Part shown: positions 16,830 to 22,914 of the stretch, in pieces
Layout of the letters: every line of letters starts with the position of its first letter
How positions within the stretch are numbered: position 1 is the stretch's first letter
NCBI GenBank assembly: GCA_964247135.1
Contig: CAXTTL010000054.1
Coordinates: 1 to 22,914 of the forward strand
DNA: 22,914 nt
Direction: 5' to 3'
Source of the DNA: an uncultured Deinococcales bacterium
GTDB taxonomy: Bacteria > Deinococcota > Deinococci > Deinococcales > JAAFIG01
Program-made: the position numbers and the translations under genes
Notes under the pieces: model-generated
What the model was told of the DNA's origin: nothing
What the model saw: the letters and a program-made list of their open reading frames with translations, nothing else
The model's database searches: none

Positions 16830-17612
16830 TTACACCCCAGTCACCAGCAGGCGAATGTCCGCCGCCTCGAGCGCTTCACGGGTTTCAAGATCGGGTTGAA
16901 GGTCGGTCACAATCACATCCACCGCGTCCATTTCGACAATCGTGTGCAACGCCACCCTCGAGAATTTGGTGTGATCCAAGAGCGCCACAATCAAACGCCC
17001 CGAGTGAATCAGTTGTTCTTTCATTTCGGTTTCGGGCAGGTGCGCGTCTGTAAAACCGGTTTGCGGGCTGAAGCCTTTGCTCGAGAAAAACACTTTATCG
17101 GGATGCAAGCGTTTTAACGTTCCTGTCGCGTGCGCCCCAACAAAAGACCGTGCTCGAGCGTGAAATTCACCGCCAGTCAGCGTGAACGGCAAGTTTAACC
17201 CCGCCAGAATCGTGGCGGCGTCAAGGCTCGAGACAATCGTGTTGACGGTTTTTGCGCCCAGCAATTGCGCGAGTTGCAATGTGGTGGTGCTGGCATCGAG
17301 CGCGATGGTATCACCGTCTTGGATTAACTCGAGTGCTTTGCGGGCAATGCTGGATTTCGCCTCGAGATGCTCGTTGATGCGCAAACTGTAAGCAACCTCG
17401 TCGTTGGCTTTGCTTTGCAACCTTGCACCGCCGTGCACCCGCTCGAGCAGCCCTTGTTCGGAGAGTAAATCCAGATCGCGGCGCACCGTCATTTCGTGGA
17501 CGCTGAGGTGCTGCGCGAGTTCTTTGGTGCGCACAATTTTTCGCGCCAGCGCTTGCTGCAAAATAAATTCGTGTCTCGAGCGCAGGGCGGCGGCAGGATC
17601 GACGGTGTTCAT
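16830..17612 (-). CDS. DeoR/GlpR-family transcriptional regulator (probable rhamnose repressor)
   Basis: HTH SVHEMTVRRDL, RVHGGA, IALDASTT and LLDHTKF. ATGA overlap with the upstream permease. Confidence 0.93.
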   Translation of the reverse strand: MNTVDPAAALRSRHEFILQQALARKIVRTKELAQHLSVHEMTVRRDLDLLSEQGLLERVHGGARLQSKANDEVAYSLRINEHLEAKSSIARKALELIQDGDTIALDASTTTLQLAQLLGAKTVNTIVSSLDAATILAGLNLPFTLTGGEFHARARSFVGAHATGTLKRLHPDKVFFSSKGFSPQTGFTDAHLPETEMKEQLIHSGRLIVALLDHTKFSRVALHTIVEMDAVDVIVTDLQPDLETREALEAADIRLLVTGV

Positions 17613-18610
17613 GATTTTGTCCCTGGTTTAACAAATCGTTTGATGATTGGCGGCAAGGCGATGGCGAGCACCATCAGGATACCAATAATGATCGAGGCAA
17701 CGATGCCTGGAATGTTGATCAAACCCATGCCGAACTGAATCATGCCCAGCAATAAAACTGATAGCACCACGCCCAAAATGTTGCCCGTGCCACCGGCGAT
17801 GCTCACGCCGCCAAGCACGGTCATGGTGATGACATCGAGTTCCCAGCCTTGGGCGATGTTGGGTCGGGTGGTGGTGATTCTCGAGGTGAGAAACACGGCG
17901 GACAAACCTGCGAGCATTCCCGAAAAAGTGAACAATGCCAGACGGTAACGTGCAACGGGAATTCCAGAAAAACGTGCCGCATCGGGGTTGTTGCCGATGG
18001 CGTACAGGTTTCTCCCCCAACGGGTTTTTGCCAAGAACACGCCGACGCAAACCGCCAAGATCAAAAAGGTTACGAAAGAAATCGGTAAGTTCGGCAGTGC
18101 ATAACCTTGCCCCAAATTACCAAAAGATTCTGGATAGGCGGTCAAGGCGGTGTCACCCAAAACCGCTTGGGCGATGCCGCGAAACAATGACATCGTGCCG
18201 AGCGTGATGGCAATGCTTGGCACGGCAAACCGAACCACCAGAAAACCGTTTAAAAAACCGCAGACTGTTCCCGTACCAACACCAACCAGCAGCAAGACGA
18301 GCCAATCCGCGCCCGATTGCGCCGCAAAGCCCATTAAGAGCGAACTGAGCGCGATGATTGACGCCACCGAGAGATCAATCTCGCGGCACAAAATCAAGAG
18401 TGCCATGCCGAGCGCCATAATCCCCTTCTCGGCAAAAATCGGGGTGGCATCACCGAGGTTGGCGGCATCCCAGAAATACTCGGACAGCCGACCATTCAAG
18501 ACCATCACGATTGCCAGCATGACCAGCAGCAGCAATTCCCAGCGCAGCAGCAAACTCGAGAGTTTAAACGGTGCTCGAGCCTGAACGGGGGTGGAACGTT
18601 GCTCGGTCAT
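17609..18610 (-). CDS. rhaQ: Rhamnose ABC transporter permease
   Basis: LLRWE, EIDLSVAS, YAIGNNPDAARFSGI and GWELDVITMTVLGGVSIAGG. Confidence 0.85.
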   Translation of the reverse strand: MTEQRSTPVQARAPFKLSSLLLRWELLLLVMLAIVMVLNGRLSEYFWDAANLGDATPIFAEKGIMALGMALLILCREIDLSVASIIALSSLLMGFAAQSGADWLVLLLVGVGTGTVCGFLNGFLVVRFAVPSIAITLGTMSLFRGIAQAVLGDTALTAYPESFGNLGQGYALPNLPISFVTFLILAVCVGVFLAKTRWGRNLYAIGNNPDAARFSGIPVARYRLALFTFSGMLAGLSAVFLTSRITTTRPNIAQGWELDVITMTVLGGVSIAGGTGNILGVVLSVLLLGMIQFGMGLINIPGIVASIIIGILMVLAIALPPIIKRFVKPGTKS

Positions 18611-19578
18611 GCTCGCCTCAAAATGGTTTTGCCTTTAACTCGAGATGCGCCCTGGTTGACGATGGCAGCGACCAGAATCGCAACGCCGACGATGGCGGTT
18701 TGCCAGAACGGTGAGACGTTGACGACGGGCAAGGCGTTGTAAAGTGTGGTCAGGAAAATTGCGCCGAGGGCTGTGCCGAGCACGCTGCCGACGCCACCGG
18801 CAATGCTCACGCCACCGAGCACACAGGCGGCAACGACTTGAAGCTCGAAGCCACTGGCAATGTCGGTGTTGGCGAGCGCAAACCGTGCCACCCACAGCAC
18901 GCCGACCAGACCAGCGATTGTGCCTGAAAGGGCGTACAGCGCAAACAAACGCCGTGTCTCGGGAATGCCCACGTATTTCGCCGCGTTCGGGTTGCCGCCA
19001 AGCGCCCGAATTTCACGTCCGAAACGCGATTGATGCACCAAAAACCAACCCAGCACCAGCGCGATCAAACTGACCCACTCGAGTCCGGTGATGCCCAAGA
19101 ATCTGGCATTTGGAAAATCCACCAAACCGACCGGAAGCTCGTTGGCGTTGATCCACTGCCCGCCAGAAACCACGTAGGTCAAACCACGGTAAACGCTCAT
19201 CATGCCCAGGCTGGCAACAATCGGTGGAATCTCGAGGAAGTTGATGAGGCTGGCGTTGATGATGCCGAGCACCAAGCCCGAAAGTGCGCCCAAGGCAAGC
19301 AGGGCAAGCACTGGAATGCCTGGCACGGCTTTGGCGAGCAATCCCACCAACATGCCCGAAAGCGCCAGGTTCGCGGCAACGGACAAATCGATGCCTCGAG
19401 ACATGATGACCAGCATTTGCGTTAACGCCAGCGCGATCAACAGGGCGCTGTCGTGCCAGATGGCGTCGAAGGTTTTAAAGCTGATAAACGACGGCGCACG
19501 AATGCCCACGCCAATCAGCAGCGCCACCAGCAAAGCCAGCAAAATCAATTCGCGTTGATAGGTTTTCCAGATTTTCAT
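18607..19578 (-). CDS. rhaP: Rhamnose ABC transporter permease
   Basis: GIDLSVAANLAL, GGNPNAAKYVGI and GFELQVVAACVLGGVSIAGGVG. Confidence 0.85.
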   Translation of the reverse strand: MKIWKTYQRELILLALLVALLIGVGIRAPSFISFKTFDAIWHDSALLIALALTQMLVIMSRGIDLSVAANLALSGMLVGLLAKAVPGIPVLALLALGALSGLVLGIINASLINFLEIPPIVASLGMMSVYRGLTYVVSGGQWINANELPVGLVDFPNARFLGITGLEWVSLIALVLGWFLVHQSRFGREIRALGGNPNAAKYVGIPETRRLFALYALSGTIAGLVGVLWVARFALANTDIASGFELQVVAACVLGGVSIAGGVGSVLGTALGAIFLTTLYNALPVVNVSPFWQTAIVGVAILVAAIVNQGASRVKGKTILRRA

Positions 19579-21086
19579 GCGACCAACTCCCGCGTGTTGC
19601 CTGCCGCCTGTGACACGATTTCCTCGGCGGTGGCAACTCGAGCCTCAAATTCTGCCACAAGGCGCCCTTCGCGCATCACCAGAATGCGGTCGCTCATGTT
19701 CATAATCTCAGGCAGTTCGGAACTGACCAGAATCACCGCCAAACCGTTTTGCACCAGTTCGCTCATGAACGAATGCACGGCGGCTTTCGCGCCAACGTCG
19801 ATGCCTTTGGTCGGTTCGTCCAGAATGATGACTTTGGGGTTGGTGGCGAGCCATTTGGAGAGCACCACTTTTTGCTGATTGCCGCCCGAAAGCTCAGACA
19901 CATTCTGCTCGAGGTTCGCCGCACGAAGCGACAAGCGTTCTGCGAGTGGCATCGCCATAGATTCCTCTTTACCCCGATTGAGAATATTCCCAATGCTCGA
20001 GAGGCTGGCAAGGGTGATGTTGTGCAAAATGCTCATCGGTAATATCGCGCCTGCAATCTGGCGGTCTTCGGGAACGTAGACCAAACCGTTTTTGACCGCA
20101 TCGGCGGGAGATTTGATGCTCACGGTTTTGCCATCGATCAAGACCGAACCCGTTGACGCAGCATTCAACCCGAACACCGCCTGCATCACCTCCGAGCGCC
20201 CCGCGCCAACCAAACCGTAAAAACCCAGAATCTCGCCTTTACGAACGCTAAAATTGATGCTCGAGAATTCGGTGGGGTGCTCAAAATTCTTGACCTCGAG
20301 CATCACGTCCCCAGGTTTGGACTCGAGCTTTGGGAAGAGTGCCCCGACCTCGCGCCCCGCCATCAGACGAATCAAATCCTCGCTCGAGGTATCGGTGATC
20401 TTGCCCGTTCCAACGTTTTTGCCGTCGCGCAAGACCACGTAACGACTCGCCAGCGCAAAAACCTCATCGAACTTGTGGGTGATTAATAAAACCGCCTTGC
20501 CCGCGTCACGAAGTTGCCGCACGATACGGTACAAATCCTCGATCTCGGCTTTGGACAGCGACGCGGTGGGTTCGTCCATGATCACCACGCTCGAGTCTTG
20601 GGACAACGCCCGCGCAATTTGCACCAAATGCTTTTGCGCCACGCTCAATTCCTTCAACGGCGTTTCAGGATCAATCTTCGCATCCATCTTCTCGAGCACG
20701 GTTTGGGCTTGCTCGAGCATGGATTTCCAATTCACCAAACCGCCCGCAAAAAACTTGGACGTGACTGGATGATTTCCGACAAATAAATTTTCCGCCACCG
20801 AAAGTTCATCGAACATCACGGTTTCTTGATGGATCGCGCCAATTCCCGCCTTCGCCGCATCTTGGGGACTCGAGAGACGCAAGGTTTCATTGTTTAACAC
20901 GATGCTGCCCGAATCGGGTTGGTAAATGCCTGTCAAGATTTTCACCACCGTCGATTTGCCCGCGCCGTTCTCGCCGATCAGCGCCAGAACCTCGCCTTTG
21001 TTCAAACCAAAAGACACGTCGTTCACGGCTTGCGTCGCGCCAAAACGTTTATTCAAATTGTTGATTTGCAAAAAATGATTGGTCAT
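19575..21086 (-). CDS. Sugar (CUT2) ABC transporter ATP-binding protein with two ABC domains (RhaT in Rhizobium nomenclature)
   Basis: GENGAGKST, MDEPT, GLVGAGRSE, LSGGNQQKV and LDEPTKGIDVGAK. Confidence 0.95.
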   Translation of the reverse strand: MTNHFLQINNLNKRFGATQAVNDVSFGLNKGEVLALIGENGAGKSTVVKILTGIYQPDSGSIVLNNETLRLSSPQDAAKAGIGAIHQETVMFDELSVAENLFVGNHPVTSKFFAGGLVNWKSMLEQAQTVLEKMDAKIDPETPLKELSVAQKHLVQIARALSQDSSVVIMDEPTASLSKAEIEDLYRIVRQLRDAGKAVLLITHKFDEVFALASRYVVLRDGKNVGTGKITDTSSEDLIRLMAGREVGALFPKLESKPGDVMLEVKNFEHPTEFSSINFSVRKGEILGFYGLVGAGRSEVMQAVFGLNAASTGSVLIDGKTVSIKSPADAVKNGLVYVPEDRQIAGAILPMSILHNITLASLSSIGNILNRGKEESMAMPLAERLSLRAANLEQNVSELSGGNQQKVVLSKWLATNPKVIILDEPTKGIDVGAKAAVHSFMSELVQNGLAVILVSSELPEIMNMSDRILVMREGRLVAEFEARVATAEEIVSQAAGNTRELVA

Positions 21087-21129
21087 AAAATTGGTTTCTC
21101 GAGTTTGTGATTTTCATTTATGCTCGAGC

Positions 21130-21165
21130 AAAACGGAGACGGTTTAAAAACGAAGACCGTCTCCG
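21130..21165 (-). terminator. Intercistronic hairpin / weak intrinsic terminator between the binding-protein and ATPase genes
   Basis: CGGAGACGGT-N12-ACCGTCTCCG, followed by TTTT on the minus strand. Confidence 0.6.
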
Positions 21166-21212
21166 AAGGTGTCTCTCTCGAGCTTTTGAAAAGTAACAGT
21201 TGCTTTCGTTCC

Positions 21213-21381
21213 CTCTCATCCCCGACCCGTCTTGCCCTTAAAGCAGCACCTTCGGGCTTGGGCGCTTCTCTCCTCGGAGAGAAGGGAGTTTCATTGATTT
21301 CTAAGAAGCCGAAACATTGCTTTTCAGTCCATCTTTCGCGCAGCGAGAGAGGGTGACGAGCCTCGGCGAGTCGGGTGAGAG
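21213..21381. repeat. Second, modified pair of the CCCTC...GAGAAGGGAG REP-like family
   Basis: CTCATCCCCGACCC...TTCTCTCCTCGGAGAGAAGGGAG (21213-21288, with an insertion of ~37 nt) and a degenerate inverse arm ending GGGTGAGAG (21328-21381). Confidence 0.7.
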
Positions 21382-21385
21382 CTTC

Positions 21386-21461
21386 AGGGGCGAGAAGAAC
21401 AATTCCGTGTGCTTATGCGTTGAGGTTTCTCGAGCTTGAGCGCATTGCCTTGCGCCCCTAC
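21386..21461 (-). repeat. GTAG-type REP directly after the rhaS stop
   Basis: Minus strand GTAGGGGCGCAAGGCAATGCGCTC, 3 nt after TAA. Partner arm CGCCCCT at 21386-21392. Confidence 0.7.
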
Positions 21462-21464
21462 GGT

Positions 21465-22475
21465 TTAAAAAGCTTTGGCAAACTTATCGATGTTGTCTTT
21501 ATTGAACGTGTACGGATCACCCATTGGCGCCTCGAGGTTGGCGTCCAAGGTGATGGTGCCCATGCGTCCAATGCTGACTTTCGCGCCCACTTTGCTGGTT
21601 GCTTTGCGGGTGGCGAATTGGTAGGCGGCGTACACGGCGGAGTAACCCAGGTCAATTGGATTCCAAAGCGCGAAGGTGTCCACCGATCCGGCTTTGACGT
21701 AGGAAATCATTTCGCTTGGCAAGCCAAGACCGGACACGAAGACTTTACCGACCAGTTTTTGGTCGATCACGGCTTTGGCGCTGGCGGCAATGCCGACGGT
21801 GGTTGGGGCGATGATGCCTTTCAGGTTGGGGTATTTGCTGAACAAGCCCAGTGCCTCGCGGTAGGATTTGTCGGATTGGTCATCGCCGTAAACGGTGTCC
21901 ACCAGCTCGAGACCACTGTACATGGGGTCTTTGAGGGTGTCTTTCATGGCGGCGATCCAGGCGTTTTGGTTGGTTGCTTGGGCGGTGGCAGACAAAATGG
22001 CGATTTGACCTTTGCCGCCGATGGTTTTACTAATCATTTCGATTTGCTTGCGTCCAATCAGTGCCGTGTTGGACGGATTGAGGTGCATCAAACGGGCTTC
22101 TTTGGCAACGCCTGAATCCCAGGAAATGACCTTCACACCTCGAGATTTGGCTTTTTTCAGGGCGGCAACCACGGCGTTCGGGTCGTTGGCGCTAATGGCA
22201 ATGGCGTCCACTTTTTGCGCGACCAGCGAGTTGATCAGCTCGATCTGACCTTCTGCGGTGGCGGTGGTGGGTCCGGTGTAAATGACTTCGACGTTTTTCA
22301 GTTCTTTGGCGGCTTCAAGTCCACCGTCGCGGGCGGCTTCAAAAAAACCATTGCCGAGGCTTTTCACGAGCAATGCAATCTTGTAGGTTTTGCCTTGGGC
22401 ACTCGTCATACTCAGGCTTGCCACGGCGGCAGCTCCAAGCAATGCCATACCAATCATCATTACCTTGCGTTTCAT
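21465..22475 (-). CDS. rhaS: Rhamnose ABC transporter substrate-binding protein (Rhizobium-type RhaS, not the E. coli regulator)
   Basis: Signal peptide MKRKVMMIGMALLGAAAVAS, ALLVKSLGNGFFEAA, ATATNQNAWI and LWNPIDLGY. GGAGGAG RBS before ATG 22475. Confidence 0.9.
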   Translation of the reverse strand: MKRKVMMIGMALLGAAAVASLSMTSAQGKTYKIALLVKSLGNGFFEAARDGGLEAAKELKNVEVIYTGPTTATAEGQIELINSLVAQKVDAIAISANDPNAVVAALKKAKSRGVKVISWDSGVAKEARLMHLNPSNTALIGRKQIEMISKTIGGKGQIAILSATAQATNQNAWIAAMKDTLKDPMYSGLELVDTVYGDDQSDKSYREALGLFSKYPNLKGIIAPTTVGIAASAKAVIDQKLVGKVFVSGLGLPSEMISYVKAGSVDTFALWNPIDLGYSAVYAAYQFATRKATSKVGAKVSIGRMGTITLDANLEAPMGDPYTFNKDNIDKFAKAF

Positions 22476-22598
22476 GTTCACGCTCCTCCACAGTGTTGAA
22501 ATCAAAACATGCAATGTGACCCCTCGAGTTGGCTCGAGTGATGTGAAAGTGGGGAAACTTTCGCACACGATCATGTTCGTTTCTGGTACTGTTTGAAT

Positions 22599-22628
22599 AC
22601 CTTAGCGCGTTGGTGGTTCAAATGTCAA
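22599..22628 (-). promoter_or_regulatory. Sigma70-type promoter of the rha operon
   Basis: Minus strand TTGACA (22628-22623), 18 nt, then TAAGGT (22604-22599). Confidence 0.65.
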
Positions 22629-22734
22629 ATCTCAAAATTGGGTATCTTTTCACGTTTGATACACGAAAAAACGCTCGAGAGAGATGCCTTCCTTAAGGGT
22701 TTTGATGTTGTGCGTTTGATGTTCGTTCCATAAA

Positions 22735-22914
22735 TTACTTTGGAATTTTGTATTCCTTCTCAATCCCATACTTTTGCACAAGCTTTTGACCAACGCGGGC
22801 AAGCCGTTCTCGCCAACTTTGCGGCGCGAGCACCTCGAGCGAGTCGATAAATTCGACCAAAATTTCCCAGGCGAATGCCTCGGCAACCAGATTGAGTTTG
22901 CCGCAGATAAAACC
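22735..22914 (-). CDS. 3' end of a gene running off the window; WCX-like C-terminus of a WYL-domain regulator
   Basis: Hand translation GFICGKLNLVAEAFAWEILVEFIDSLEVLAPQSWRERLARVGQKLVQKYGIEKEYKIPK*. LEVLAPxxxRE resembles the WCX 'EVLxPxxLR' motif. Not in the ORF track. Confidence 0.6.
   Translation of the reverse strand, partial: GFICGKLNLVAEAFAWEILVEFIDSLEVLAPQSWRERLARVGQKLVQKYGIEKEYKIPK

Noticed and set aside
17886-18553. CTCGAG gap in rhaQ (also mgtA 2647-3060) as a sign of foreign origin
   Set aside because: These are transmembrane segments with few Leu-Glu or Arg opportunities, and the rest of each gene or operon has normal density.
21375-22115. 246-aa plus-strand ORF and similar antisense ORFs (381-872, 1327-1980, 4349-5095, 13211-13795)
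   Set aside because: Shadow frames opposite well-supported genes.
22650-22886. 78-aa minus-strand ORF from the track
   Set aside because: A different frame, open from the window edge to 22735, gives a more protein-like WCX-type sequence. The tracked ORF is probably its shadow.
1-22914. CTCGAG excess as an XhoI cloning/ligation artefact or synthetic recoding
   Set aside because: Long conserved ORFs read intact through the sites in all three frames and gene order is biologically coherent.
1-22914. CRISPR array, tRNA, rRNA, transposase or integrase
   Set aside because: No regularly spaced repeat-spacer units, cloverleaf, rRNA-like tract or recombinase motifs were seen by eye.

Overview
Bacterial genomic window of roughly 50-55% GC by eye, probably Deinococcota. 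That assignment is an inference from TANNNT-N6-ATG leaderless starts and general protein character. Plus strand: end of a short, Pyk2-like pyruvate kinase, mgtA, a decayed accessory islet (duplicated fragments, an epoxide hydrolase remnant, an AraC regulator, an amber-interrupted epoxide hydrolase), murJ and an EEP-family gene. Minus strand: a long run comprising a WYL/WCX-like fragment, rhamnose ABC transporter rhaSTPQ, a DeoR regulator, a ketose 3-epimerase, L-rhamnose isomerase, lutABC, small orphans and a PLP class I/II enzyme. The most striking signal is not a gene. The palindrome CTCGAG occurs about 156 times by hand count (one per ~150 bp; about 6 expected), in all three reading frames and between genes, like cyanobacterial HIP1. 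It is depleted in foreign-looking segments and lies exactly at the crossover of a chimeric duplication (3181-3188). Two REP-like repeat families punctuate the rha-lut operon. No rRNA, tRNA, CRISPR array or transposase was recognised.
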